Assembly: GCA_010405405.1 (NCBI GenBank)
Contig: MU004235.1
Span: 2,286,506-2,350,505, forward strand
Source of the DNA: Microthyrium microscopicum
Lineage: Eukaryota
Direction: 5' to 3'
DNA length: 64,000 bases
The notes below the pieces were generated by a model, which was not told where the DNA came from, did no database searches, and worked only from the letters and a program-made list of their open reading frames with translations. A program made the position numbers and the translations under genes. Below are positions 1-13,039 of the stretch, in pieces. Every line of letters begins with the position of its first letter. Positions within the stretch are counted from its first letter, which is position 1.

Positions 1-400
1 GTACACTATTTGGCCCCTTCGCACGGAGACCAGGCCATCCTACGTAAGATCGAGCCCAATACCGTTTGCGAAAGGCATGGCCATCCAAGAACTCGTTGTA
101 GTAGATCGGACGGAATGACTTGTTCACGATGTATGCCCCAGCAATGCCTCGGTAGTCATTAAGTCCCGACTGTTCACAGAGTCATTACTTGGCATTATTT
201 GAAAAGGAGAAGTGAGTCGTTACTGCTACTGAAATTCCTGCGCCTGTCAAACACACAGTCCCCCGTTTCGATCCGGTAGTTTTGGCAGAGGTCAGAAATT
301 CTGTGAGGGCCGCGATGGCGCCTGGAAGCTCCTGGGCACTTGGAGGGATCACACGAGGTACTGGAAAGGGGCTCGTGTATGGAATACGTATTGACGGCAT
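1..400 (-). CDS. NAD-dependent deacylase, Sir2 family (SIRT4/class II-like); 5' part only, runs off the window
   Basis: MPSIRIPYTSPFPVPRVIPP...VCLTGAGISVA. After removing the GT-AG intron at 170-223 it continues SGLNDYRGIAGAYIVNKSFRPIYYNEFLDGHAFRKRYWARSYVGWP, giving the sirtuin GAGISxxSGxxDYRG motif and the class II RYWARS motif. Confidence 0.9.
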
Positions 401-465
401 TACAGGCCGGAAGCTGTTGTGGTATGATTGCCTCTGTCGAAAATTAAAAAGAGACTGTCATCGAT

Positions 466-1710
466 TTAATCGCGGGAGAGACTAAGCGCGCGTAGAATCG
501 CGTGGGGCGCTAGAAGCGTTAAAATCTGCCAATTAGCTAACATGAGTATGATAATCATCGCAACTTTCGACTGTTCGCATAATGTCATCCAATTAGCTGT
601 AGAATGAAGGCTGAGCTGTAGAGCTTCGGAAAGCTGCAGCGATTCTATGTTCTCTTCATCAATTGTTCCGTTGTTGTCTCTCACCTCGTCCATGTTCTCT
701 CTTGATTTAAATTGATTGGGTAGGAAGCTGCCAATCAGGTGACTGAAAGGTAATGCGATGGCGTCAACGGTAAGCGCGTCATCTAAGCAGACGCGCGGAA
801 GTGCCGCTTAGTGCGCTTCGATGCAACTTCCTTCAACGATGCCCAGTTTTCTCATGCAGTCAATCAAAGGATAATTTGTATATCGACAATTGAAGTTGAG
901 TGATCCCTCGTTGATGCAGTAGCGGCGAATTGAGTTATAGAAAACTTCCCCGATTCAGAAGTTGGCTGGTGCAAATTCGTGGAGCTAGTCGCCTGGTATC
1001 AAGCATGCCAATCAGAGCGACGGGCGACTGAGCAATGTGGTCCCTTTCCTGTTCTGCTAATCGTTCAATCTACATCTTGAAAGCTCTGCATCGGAGATCA
1101 TGTTGGCCACAACCTGATAGTCGCATGACTTTGGGATTGCGAAAGTCATTTCCCGAAGAACATCAACATATAGGTACCTACTACCTAGTCTTCTCTCACC
1201 GGCGTGCGAACGGTCACCAGGCCACAAAGATCTACCAGAAGGAATCAAAAATCCTTTCAAAATGAAGGAGCGCATATGCTCAATGGTCAGCGCGCAGTCC
1301 GAGCTCCTGAAAGTGCCGATTGTTTGAGCAAAAAACATGGATCGCTTATGCTGTAATATCCTCATTGCAGCAGATTCAATCTGTTCAGTGGTCCTTAACG
1401 AACCAGCCAAGGGGAATTGAGGCCTGGACTAGGTTTTCTTATCCTCCACTTCTCGAACCGCGATGGATCCACTTGACCGACCAGTGATAAGAGCGCTGGC
1501 CGCCAACTCACTGAAGCGCATCACGGCACTGCCTTGTAGTGTATGCTGTGTAACATGAGGAGCGAGTGAGCTCTCGCGCTTAAAGCCTATGCCGCCGATT
1601 GACCTGAAGCCATGGCTGTTTTTGGCCACTGGGGTATCAAAAGCGCTGGCGTAGGTCAGGGAGCAGGCCTTCGGCGCATCGGAGCAACACTCGGCCTCAT
1701 GGAGGGTGAT
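466..1710 (-). pseudogene. Possible decayed reading frame of unknown family
   Basis: The ORFs 466-693, 1057-1410 and 1429-1629 share one frame. Only six internal stops occur over about 410 codons (808, 955, 985, 1012, 1057, 1429). No family recognised. Confidence 0.3.
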
Positions 1711-3901
1711 TCAAATGGCTGCTTTACAAGGTCTCCCAGCGATGATCGCGTTTGTTTCTTACTGGTTCGCCTCCTTCTCATGTCGCCAACCTGTTGCCCC
1801 AGGCGGGAACTAGGCGGACAATAAGGTCTAGATCTATTACTGGTCCGATATGACGCTCCCGTGCCGCAAAGTCTGCTAATTTACCAAAATATCTTCCCAT
1901 TTTGGGTCGACAGCATCCATCGACCGGTCGTCCGTCGCGTTCATTTCCACTGCGCCCATCACTATCATGCGTCAGAGATTTGCTCCCTGGGGCCTGAACC
2001 TAGCCGAAATTTGCAGACTCTGCGGCATTCCTATGTTAGGCATTTCCAAATTCAGGTCAATTTGCTCTGCAAAAGCAAGACTAACAACAGGAGGCGACCT
2101 TAACGTGCAGAGGCCACCCGTGGCCTGGAGTTGATCCTGGCAACATTGGCCAGGATGCATCAGAGACATACAAGGATACAGCTGATAGCACGATGAAGAA
2201 GAGTCCACGTATTGGCAGAGATGTGATCGCTAACTTGTCGACAGGTCATAATCAGTGCAATACAATATTCGCATTTCGTCTACAGGCGGTGAACACTGAG
2301 AAGAATAGTACGGGATTCAACGAGCAACAATGGATTATCGATACCCTATTAGGATGCGACATGGTTCGTTGTGACTTGTGTCACACTCAGTATAATTGCG
2401 CATGGAGGAGATGAAATACCCCAGATGAATGAATACGCCTTACATATCTGGATTTTCGTAAAGAAGCAAACTCTATCAGAGAACCATGGATTCCAGACTT
2501 AGATTGAGTGAATTCTTTTCTTCTTTGGAACGGAGCTTTCGAAAAGCCATGTATTCTGTTTTGCTGCCGCGGGCCCTTGTGGCCGGGAACCTTTTCTGGC
2601 TTTTAACGCGGTCTTTAAATCGTGGAATCTTACTCGCTAGATTCCTACCTGCCGTATTAATACTGACATTGTATGGATTGAAAGAGTTGGTGGCATGGTT
2701 TAAGCTGGAGACGCGCTTACAATTCACAGGCAGTTGATCCTTCGATGTGGTCCTGCTGCACTTCGCAAACCGACATGCATCGGCGCATGGCTAGGAAGGA
2801 GAAAATCATGGAAGACGTAACACGCCTGCGCGCTTCTCCCATTTTCGTGCAACGACATGAGAAGCTCGGATGCCTACATTCGCATTACAATCCCCTTTTT
2901 GATAGTCGAAACCATGATACAATACTTCGGATTATATGGACCAGCTTGCAATTCAAACAGCAAGTACCATGTACACAGAGTATAAGTAATTCGTCGGACA
3001 CAGAGTTGGACGCAGATTTTAATCAGTCTAATGGCCAACTCATTCCGTCCCTGGTTGCTGCATGATGCGCCAATCTCAGTTATGGTCTTAGCCTGGGCCC
3101 TTCGTTACACAACATGAATCCTTCCAACAATAAAACGGGCGCTCAGCATGCTGGTATCCACAGACCACAAATCTGGCGCGGCGCGCTTGCGGGCTTAGAG
3201 GAGTAGGACTAAAAGCAATCAACCATATTGAACTTATCCAAATCGAATGAACAGCCACATTGATACTGCGCTGGAATGTTGTAAAGGAAGCTAAGTAATC
3301 CTTTGAAAATGGCGTACTTAAGTACTCGCTAAACCCTGGTCGATATGCAGAACAACTTCCCAAAGGTACCTCTTATTGGTTCTTTCAAGCGGCGAAGTCG
3401 TAGTGAATTCCAGGAATCTGGGACAATCCTACATTTACCGCTCACTTTGATACTTTCTTAATCTGCTTCAGCCCATGTTGCAGGATTGGTTGAATTGACA
3501 TGCCTGACCAAGCCTGTCGCAGAAGTGTTGAATGTTGTCAAATATGTAAAGTTACTGTGCCGCCCAATCTAGACTAATGGGGAAAAACGTCCTGTAAATT
3601 CCTTGTTGCACTAGTCGCGCCTCTTGTCATTCTTTAATTCCTGGACTGAGCTTCTGAGCGGCAGTAGTGTCAGATCCAGCATATCGGGATGTGGTCAACG
3701 GCCAGCTTTGCCGCCCTCCCAGGTCTCATGTAGGTCATGAGATATTTAACTCGACCAAGATCTCCCATGTTTTCCGTTCCGCATCACACTATTTTCTAAG
3801 CTATTTGCCGCGTCCTACATCTTCTCCGTATTCGCGCTTATTTCTTGAGACCCATTTTCTCACCCAGCCTCAACTTCTTACCTGATCACTCCCTGTGGAT
3901 C

Positions 3902-5035
3902 ATGTCTATCATAAAACTGTCTCCCAAGTCAAGGTCTCGAACGCCACCATCTCGTCGTCCTCGACTGAATTCATGTAACCAATCGATGAGAAAGTCTTCC
4001 CAGTGGCTACCAGAGGACGATAAACTCTTGCTGGAAGCACGCGCGAAAGGACAAGGATGGACTGACATTGCCGAGATCTTCAAGGAAAGAAGTGGAAGGT
4101 GTATTCAAAAATCCAAGCTCTCGCCAAGTTCCAATGCTTGTCGAAAGCGTCATGAAAGAATCACAGCTTCACTGAATCCTTTTCCTGAAGATGGTGATGG
4201 ACCAGGCAGAGAGTTGTTCTGTTCTGTTTACAAGAGAGTGCAGAGACAAATGTGGGAGCTGATGGCAACCGAGCTTGATCGTGAGCTGGTCAAGAATGGC
4301 CAAGATCATTACAAAGTGTCGTGGGAGCAGTTAGAAGAGCTCGTATGTATTGACTCTTCCTTACTTCACCCTTTAGTCATTAACTGTAGGATAGATTTTT
4401 TCAATGGGAAAGAAAACTGTCATGGTCATGGTGCGCCGACACGAGAAGAAATTGAGTATGCACACCGAGATCATTTCAGATAACCTTATACTGACGCATG
4501 CATAGGCTCTACTCAGCCAGATTCTTCTCCTTCGACTAGAGAGTCCAGTTTGGCTGCGCTCCCTCACGCCAATGAATTTGATCAATCCCGTCATTCTGCA
4601 CTTGTGCTGCCATCGACATATCCCATGTACACGCAGCCTCCGCCACAGAACAGGATGTACGATGGTTACGACTACACGCAATTGCCTGCGATGATGGCCC
4701 AGCACTCGCCTATGAGCCATGCTGCTCCCATACAGCAGCCATCGCCAAGACACTACGATAATGCTGTTGCTCCACCAGTCATCTCTCGTCAAATGCAATA
4801 CCACCATACGCCTCCTCAGCAGACATACGAATTCACGGCTCAGTATAGCATCCCCGAGCAGGCTTATCATGAGCAACAGCGAAGAATGATGCCTCCGCAA
4901 GGCTATCAACCAGCTCATCAGCCACATCGCGACACAGAGCCTTCAGATCGGTCAAATGGTCGCTCTGTATCAATTCGCTCTATGCTACACACGCCTGGAA
5001 TGGAGCAAAACGGTCCCGAAAGAGATGTTCGCTGA
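3902..5035 (+). CDS. Myb/SANT-like DNA-binding domain protein with P/Q/Y-rich C-terminus
   Basis: WLPEDDKLLLEARAKGQGWTDIA...SNACRKRHER Myb-like repeat. Probable introns at ~4343-4395 and ~4456-4505 join it to the 4550-5035 ORF. The start codon is uncertain (3902 or 3986). Confidence 0.7.
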
Positions 5036-8000
5036 ATTTTTAGCTAACGTCGAACATAATTCTGTCGTCTTTTTTGCTTTACTATCGTTTGGAGGCAGCG
5101 CTATTTTTTATTTATGATACATCAACTTGTTTTGGTATGTTTGGAGGATCCAGTCACTTTTTTGTTATATATCTGCGGCACAGTGCTATTTTGGAAAGGC
5201 GTTACGTGGTATTTTTGGATTTAACTTGCAAACCTACGTGCAACATTGTCTAAAGTAGTTCTACAATTATATACTGTCCAAGTTTACTCAACGACATTTC
5301 CTGACTCTTCTACGTGGAAGTAGCATTTCTCTCACCAATGTGAGATCCTTTTTGAGTACTTAGTTCTCTCCTTTGTTTACTTCCTAGCTTCCTATCAGCT
5401 TGAAATCGTGATCACATCGTATGAATGTCCCGTATGTCTTGGAATCTTGGAATGTACAGAAAAATCGGGCCGAAACCAGCGGAAAGGACCATTCCTTGTC
5501 GAAAGTTGCATGACAGCCAAGGAAATATTAGCAGCTTGGGTGCTTGTAAAGCAGATAGAATACGTTTCAAGGATTTGCCGCAAGAAAAACTTGAGATTGG
5601 AGGAGGGTTAATGAGAAAACTTCAGCTTGTTCTCACTGGTCTGAGGGTTCCTGAGCCGCCGTGGAATATTTCGCAAGGCTGAGAAGCTGGCTTGAGAGGG
5701 TGGGCAGAAGCCACATAGTGGGCCGATCTATTTGTAGGGGCTTGATGCAACTGCTGGGCCCAGAGCGGCTATCCTGCGCTGAAGGATCAGGCTGCTAGGG
5801 GCGGAGACAGAGGCACTGTTTGGGTAGCTCATACCCATTGCTGTACAGAAGGTTTGATGTAGAAATCCCCGAATATTCTTCGACGGGGTGACCTTCTTTG
5901 CGAGTTACAGGCTGGTTTTACAGTAATCAGTGCGGTGATATGAATCCTCCACTGCAAACATTCGCAATCCGTATCCGTCTGCTTCAATCACAGGCGCTTG
6001 ATGAGCGATTCACTGTTTGTGGATTAACACGTCCTCTCACGCTGAGATCATCAAACAGCACATGCCGATTATTAATGAGCGTCTAGCAGAAAGAAGGATT
6101 CAGACACTGATCCCACGGCAGACCAAGGATGATCAGATCATCTTTCCACTCCAAGCTTCCATGGATGATGGGGCTTGACCACTCTCGTAACAAGGACCGT
6201 AACAAGCTTCTAGCCAGCGGCTTGTGCTCAAAGCTTCAGCGCGGCACAGTAGTGCAAAAGAAAAAGCGATAGGTATGCCGACAAACAAGAGCACGAATTG
6301 ACCATCTCAAAGCCCGTCACACACCTTTCATGTATCAAGTAACCTGCTCTCTGATCTCCCCTATGCTATCCTCAAGGTGTCCAGGCAAGATGGGAGGCGC
6401 TTCGCCCAATATGAAGAACGAGCCATCTTAGAAATGTTGGCCGCTGTCCTGACATATTTCGCACTCCTAGCAGGTAGGCCGGCCTGGGTTTAAGAAGCCC
6501 GAATTAAGTCATTACGGAGAACGTCACTACTTGGAGCAGGAACATCGTACCGCCTAGACACATGCACTGGGGAAAGTATAGGAGCCATGCCTCTCGATCC
6601 GCTGTCGCTGGGCTATGCGATCCGTTAGGGAACTCTGCTCTTTCCATCCAGTTTGTTGCAAGTCCTGCTCAGTGTGACTCAAAACTTCTATTAATTCCAC
6701 ACAAGAACACTCTACAGACCACAACTAATCATAAAGTGAATCCACTGCACTTAACACTTCACTGAGCTCCTTATCCTCTATTCGAACCTCAGTCAGTCCC
6801 AGACCCAATCTTCAACCACCTTCAATGCCCATCATCTCCACCACGACTCAGCGTCTATCCCTCAAGCGATAACCGCGAATTTGCGGCCTGTTTAGCCACC
6901 GGCTAGCTCCACTCTGCAAAGCAGAACCGCCAGACTCGTTTTGTACGACCTGCATAGACGACCTACGCGGCCGCATGACATGGAAACTAGTGTTAGCGAT
7001 CGCTTGAATCGACAGACGCTTGGGTCAAGTTTTCGGCCAAACCCGCTGTAAACAGGCGCTTAAGTTACAATCCTAGTGCAAATCAGGAGGAAACTTAATG
7101 CAGGGCTGCTGGAGGGCCTTTTGTTGGGGGAATTACTAAGCGATTTTATTTTCGGCAGCCAGTGCTCGCGCAGGGTTAAAGTGTAATCAGTCGCTGAGAT
7201 TCATTTCGTGATGGGATTTGTTCGAAAAGATTTCTAGACACCGGGGATGAATTGACGAATATGAGTGTGGTCGATATGGTCGAAGACGGGAACAATTCGG
7301 CAGTCTTTGCGTATGGAATGACTTTTGCACGACTTTGTTGCAAGCAAAATAGCTTCCGAAAAGACATCAGAATTGGTGCAGCCTTGGTCTTCCTTCATCT
7401 TCCCTCACAAGTTACAGGACATGATTGGGCCATTTCTGACAATCAACAGTTCAAACTTTCCGAGCCCAGATCAACTATGTCAACTTTCAAGCTACTAGAA
7501 CATCATCAGCGGAAGATTTTCCCGAGCCGGAGTCAGCCTGACCGAAAACAAAACCTCTATTCGTTACGTGCATTATGTCCAGTGTTGAGGCTGGCGTGAG
7601 GTGAACTTCACCATGAATATGCAAGCTCTCCGCGCCTCTGAACGTCAAGATAGGGTGAGAGCGACCCTTGGTGCCCTTAAATATCCTGCCTACAATGCCT
7701 TTTGGGCTTCTCACTCCTTTGATCTCGATCGGCAAACATTAGGCACGTTTTGGTCCCCGAATGGGCTTCTCCTGAACTCGCCTTGGATTGCAAATGGCCA
7801 TGAACGATTCCATCAGCACGATACAAGCCGGCAATCCGAAAGATTTGTGTATCAAATGCTCGAGGCTGCTCTAGAAGCAGGTCGTTGAGGATCATTCCTG
7901 TTGGCTCCATTTCGACTCATCAGAACTTGACTTGATGTACCACAACAGTTGTCGTGTCTGCTTGATCACTCACTCGCGACACGCCGGCTTTACCAAGAAT

Positions 8001-8938
8001 GAAGAGATAGGAGGAGAGACAGTGAACTTGATCGGAGTTGAGCTTGCGAGTCGAGGCGAGAGCAGAGGCGTCAACAGTGTTTTGATATTCATTGTTCGGT
8101 ATTAGAATGATGAAGTACCGCATTTTATCATGCTAAAAATTTCCCCTGCTGGTGGTAAGCAGTCGCGAAAAGAATTATTAGCACCAGAGACTGATACTTG
8201 CAAGATTTAGTCACCCAAAGCCTAGTCTCGGCTCGGAGCTCAACGTCCAGTACAAGATCAGAAGCTTCAATCAAGTTCTTGAAATCAAAATTGTTGGAAT
8301 GTCAGGAGAAGCATATAAATTACCTCCAGCGATCTGATCTCACACCCGAATGGCATTCAAACAACCTTCTTCGCATAGGAGGATCAGATTCTCGTACCTT
8401 ATGCCTTTGAAGCCGGGCTAATTGGGTGTCCGAACCAACGTCTCAATGTTACTTCACTTTAAGTCATTGCTGGGATAAAATACAGCCATTCCAGCTTAAC
8501 AGAGGCACCATGAGCAGCGTGCGTTGTTGATGTAGGAACATACTGGTGCTCAGATGTCACAGGTATTCAATCATCTGATTAGCCAGGTCTTGGATACAAA
8601 GGACAACGAACCCTACCGCACGCAGTTAAATCAAGGTTTAGCGCGATCGCAGCCACGAGAATCCACTCTTCAACGTGTGCCATGTGGACGCGTTAAAGAA
8701 GAAGTCAGGTCCAAAAGAAAGATCGTGCGAAGACAGGTCCTCACTGGCGCTTATTTAAGGAGAGGCGAGGCGGTGAGCAAGAGGTCCATGCGAGCAGGGA
8801 CAACCTTGGGGAACGACAAGCGCGGGTGGCCTCCAGAGAGTGTTGAACCGGCTTGCATTTTGAGTCCAGAGAGGCTAGGAATTGAATTGCATGGAGGAGC
8901 ATAGGATTTCAATGATATATGTTGTTGCTCTTGAAGGA

Positions 8939-9007
8939 TCAGAGGCCCGAAGGACCGGAGGATCAGAACTTTCTAAAGAGTTGGGCCTGTCATCTTTGGT
9001 TCATCAT
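8939..9007 (-). ncRNA. Candidate box C/D snoRNA
   Basis: ATGATGA box C followed by two CTGA boxes within about 70 nt, lying downstream of a GTAAGC donor at 9213-9218. No guide target or terminal stem identified. Confidence 0.2.
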
Positions 9008-9325
9008 GACTTTCTGCCAGATGATACGCTCGAGTATGTACACCAGGAGATCATGTAAACAATTGAAGTTGAGAGAGAAACGTGGTGGAGACAAACAAGG
9101 AAAGAACAGAAGGCCAGGAACATACGGCTGCACATGCCCAATTGGGAACAGGCGTGGAGCTTGCGATAGCTGCAAGAACGATGGGGATTGATAGGGCAGT
9201 TGCAATCCACTCGCTTACCTAGACATCCCAAGATCCCAATCCAGACCTCAAAATAATTCCCCTCCTCCAGAGTCCAGAGTGTATCATGCTCCCTCCTTTG
9301 CGTTCCTGTTAAAACATACTCCCGT

Positions 9326-10928
9326 ATGCTTTCGCGAAGCACCAGCTCCTCATGGCTGCAATTACGCTCCACGACTCGTCGTTTGCTACTCCTTCGCCCT
9401 GCCACCTTGCCCGGCCCTCGCGCCTCGCTGCTTTGTGCTCCCGGTTCCAATGACAACACCTGTCCCTCCCTCATCCCACCACATATTACATACTCCGATG
9501 CCCGCACCTTTTCAACTTCTAGCCCGTTGAATCCTCAATCAGTGAGACACTCATTCGCTTCACCTGGCGGCGTTGTCTCGCCGCGCGTCTCAGCTCTCCT
9601 GAGTAGTACTGCCACATCTATAACCAGCAAATCTACCCACCTTCAACACTCTCGTCTCGTACATTCTCGCTTGCCCTCACGACAGTTTGCCCGCACTTCC
9701 ATTATGACGAGCCAGGTGCGCCATCATGGTGGTGGACACCATCACCATCACGATAACACATATCTGGTCTCAGCGAACAAGAATGATGCGGGCGTGCGTA
9801 TAACGCGTATTGGATTGTTTGTCAATTTGGGCATGGCCATCTGCAAAGGCGCCGGAGGTTACTTCTTTCACAGCCAAGGTAATTATTCATACCATACAAA
9901 TGCGACTAAGCTAACAATCGCAAGCTTTGGCCGCCGACGCCGTACACAGCCTTACAGACCTCGTCTCCGATTTCATGACACTTGCTGCGGTCGGATGGGC
10001 ATTGAAACCGCCTACGGAGAAATTCCCACTAGGATACGGAAAGATTGAAAGTTTGGGCAGCTTGGGCGTTAGTGGACTACTGCTCGTTGGTGGTTTGCTC
10101 ATGGGCTGGTCCTCGTTGATTGACTTGTGTCAAATCTACATGCCTGCGTTTGCGCATATGTTGGAATCAATTGGTCTTATTGGATGTGGCCATAGTCATA
10201 CACACCAAATACCGAACATTCAGGCAGCATGGTTAGCAGGGGGAAGTGTGGTGATCAAGGAATGGCTATATCGAGCTAGTGAGTACTCCTGGACAGTGGC
10301 ATTGATTGCACTAGGCTAACATATCACAGCTATGAAAGTAGCCAAGGAACGTAAATCCGCCGTCCTCGAATCCAACGCCGTGCATCACCGAGTCGACTCG
10401 CTCACTGGAATTGCCGCGCTCCTCTCGATTGCGGTGGCCAACATGTTCCCTACATTCGCTGGAATGGATGCAGTAGGCGGACTCGCCATCTCATTCATGG
10501 TCGTCCGCGCTGGCTGGGGCAACACAATCACTTCCCTTGAAGAACTCGCCGATGCATCAATCTCCGAAGAAGTCAAGACCAAGACGCAAAAAGTCGCCAG
10601 ACAGGCCCTGGCAGACAGCAATTGCTCCAATTTCGAAGTACAAGATGTCAGCGGCACAAAGGCAGGCCAAAACTTTCTGCTCGATGTGACGATCGGCGTC
10701 CCGGCAACTATGACATTGGAGCAATTGGCGTCAGTAGAGAGTGTTGTGCGTGAGAGAATAGGTAGCAAGGTTCGGGGTGCGAGACGGATACGGATACGGT
10801 TCGTGGACGCGCAAGCTGAAGAGGCTTTGGATGAGTTTATTGCGCCTTCAAGTACGGCGGCTTCGACTCCAGAGAGTGAAGAAGAGCATCATCATCATAA
10901 CGGTAACGGCAAGGACAAGTCGATATAG
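9326..10928 (+). CDS. Mitochondrial cation diffusion facilitator (MMT1/MMT2-like metal transporter)
   Basis: S/R-rich presequence-like N-terminus, HHGGGHHHHHDNTYL...DAGVRITRIGL, ADAVHSLTDLVSD (CDF TM2), FPLGYGKIESL and SNAVHHRVDSL (TM5). Two introns at ~9879-9924 and ~10279-10329. Confidence 0.9.
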
Positions 10929-11419
10929 ACTCTCACAGAGTTAGTCCCTCTGTGACACATAGATTTGAGCAATCAGAAGTGTTGAAAAGCTAATGTATGA
11001 TCAACCCTTGCAAGCATATGAAGCCTAACAAAGCCAAAGCTGGAGTAGTGTCGAGTAGTATGCCGTATATCCGAAATCCTGAGTTGTGATTGATCAGAAT
11101 TTATGGTTTTAATTCTCGAAAATGCGCTCGGACCGGTTTATAGCTTGAGTCCTGAGATTTGGAAAGGTTGAAAGTGGGAAACTGCGCCACGCGAGCTCAG
11201 GGGTCCTTCAATCGTCACTCACTCATTTGACATTTCTGGGGTTTGACTTTAGGACGAGACCGACTACAAAGTCGTCCATCCTTCTCCAACTTCACTCTTT
11301 TGCCAATTGGCTTCACTCTTTCCTTGCTATACACAACTCTCTAATTCTATATAATAATCTTTTAATACCTATTCTCAAATACTCGTCCTCACAACTTGTA
11401 AGCGGGATTTATTTCCATC

Positions 11420-13039
11420 ATGACTTCGTCTCCATCGCGCTCTAATGGCGCGCGAAAGTCCCTCGTCAATGGGGTTATCGATAGCGATCGTCCTGGCATC
11501 GCTCGTAAATCTTCGAATCCACTGCTACCATCTTTCATGGTCTCTGCCCCCGGCAAAGTCATTGTCTATGGCGAACATGCCGTAGTATACGGAAAAGTAG
11601 TGCCCAACCAACCTGCATACATACTATGCCCCAACGCTAATTGTCTCCAGGCTGCCATAGCAGCTGCTATATCCCTCCGATCTTATCTACACGTTACTTT
11701 CCTTTCCAAAAGCAAACGAACCGTCCGCCTAATATTTCCCGACATTGGACTCGATCAATCATGGAATATCGACGATCTACCGTGGAAGGTCTTCTCGGCA
11801 CCAGGCAAGAAGAAGAACTACACAGACCGTGTAACCTCTCTCGACCAAGATCTACTAGATTCTCTACAACCGCATATAATAAGCGTATCAGCCAGCAAGC
11901 CTGAAGCAACGCGCAAACTACATCAAAACTCCGCCACAACCTTCCTCTACCTCTTCCTCTCCCTCGGCTCCATCAAATCGCCTCCATGCATCTACACCCT
12001 TCGCTCTACAATCCCCATCGGCGCCGGACTCGGCAGCAGCGCTACCATCTCCGTCTGTCTCTCCGCCGCCCTCCTCCTTCAAATCCGCGCCCTCTCAGGC
12101 CCACACGACGACCAGCCGTCCGAAGAATCACAGATCCAAATCGACCGCATAAACCACTGGGCCTACGTCGGCGAACTCTGCATCCATGGCAGTCCCTCTG
12201 GCGTCGACAACACCGTCTCCGCCGGCGGAAAGGCAGTGCTGTTCCGCCGTCTAGACTATAATAAACCACCCTCCGTCATACCACTGCGCGAATTTCCTGA
12301 ACTACCCCTTTTACTCGTCAACACGCGACAATCGCGTAGCACATCCGCACAAGTAGGTCGCGTCGCAAAGTTCCGCGAAGAAAAACCAAAAATCGCAAAT
12401 CACATACTCGACTCAGTCCACGAAGTCACCATGGACGCGCACCGGATGCTCACAAGTGAAGACTTTGACCCAGAAGATCCGCAAACGCTCGAGAATCTCG
12501 GCGAACTAATAAGTGTGAACCACGGCCTTCTCGTCGCGCTCCGCATGAGCCATCCACGCCTCGAACGGATTCGCGAACTCATTGACCACGCCGGCATAGG
12601 CTGGACGAAACTCACTGGCGCCGGTGGCGGAGGTTGCGCGATAACACTACTAAAACCATCTGCTCTCGTCGAAACTCCTTCGTCAATACCCAACGGTACC
12701 ACTAAACCTACGCACAGCAAATCCTCATCAACATCCAAAGCCACGCAGCGGGCTCGCTCTGGCTCTCTGGCGCTGCAAAATATGCAGTCTCAACTATCGT
12801 CCGAAAACTACGAAATCTTCAGCACAACACTAGGCGGCGATGGCGTCGGTGTCCTCTGGCCTGCGGTCCTACATAACAATAGTGGCGAAGAAGGAGGCGA
12901 AGAGATCGACCAGGAGAAGTTTTTGAACGCGGTCGGTAATGATGGGATTGAGCGCTTAGTGGGCGTGCAGCAGACGAGTTCCTATAGTCGAGAAGGGTCA
13001 GAGGCTGTGCGAGAGGGATGGAAGTTTTGGAGACCTTAG
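11420..13039 (+). CDS. ERG12: Mevalonate kinase
   Basis: GHMP kinase motifs SAPGKVIVYGEHAVVYGK, PIGAGLGSSA, IHGSPSGVDN and KLTGAGGGGC. One in-frame 54-nt intron at 11597-11650. Confidence 0.95.
   Translation: MTSSPSRSNGARKSLVNGVIDSDRPGIARKSSNPLLPSFMVSAPGKVIVYGEHAVVYGKVVPNQPAYILCPNANCLQAAIAAAISLRSYLHVTFLSKSKRTVRLIFPDIGLDQSWNIDDLPWKVFSAPGKKKNYTDRVTSLDQDLLDSLQPHIISVSASKPEATRKLHQNSATTFLYLFLSLGSIKSPPCIYTLRSTIPIGAGLGSSATISVCLSAALLLQIRALSGPHDDQPSEESQIQIDRINHWAYVGELCIHGSPSGVDNTVSAGGKAVLFRRLDYNKPPSVIPLREFPELPLLLVNTRQSRSTSAQVGRVAKFREEKPKIANHILDSVHEVTMDAHRMLTSEDFDPEDPQTLENLGELISVNHGLLVALRMSHPRLERIRELIDHAGIGWTKLTGAGGGGCAITLLKPSALVETPSSIPNGTTKPTHSKSSSTSKATQRARSGSLALQNMQSQLSSENYEIFSTTLGGDGVGVLWPAVLHNNSGEEGGEEIDQEKFLNAVGNDGIERLVGVQQTSSYSREGSEAVREGWKFWRP

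Noticed and set aside
2193..3400. Several 70-106 aa ORFs on both strands
   Set aside because: No recognisable motifs, no consistent frame or splice structure.
5395..8123. Short ORFs that might be fragments of a gene
   Set aside because: They could not be joined into a coherent model and no family was recognised. A decayed gene cannot be excluded.
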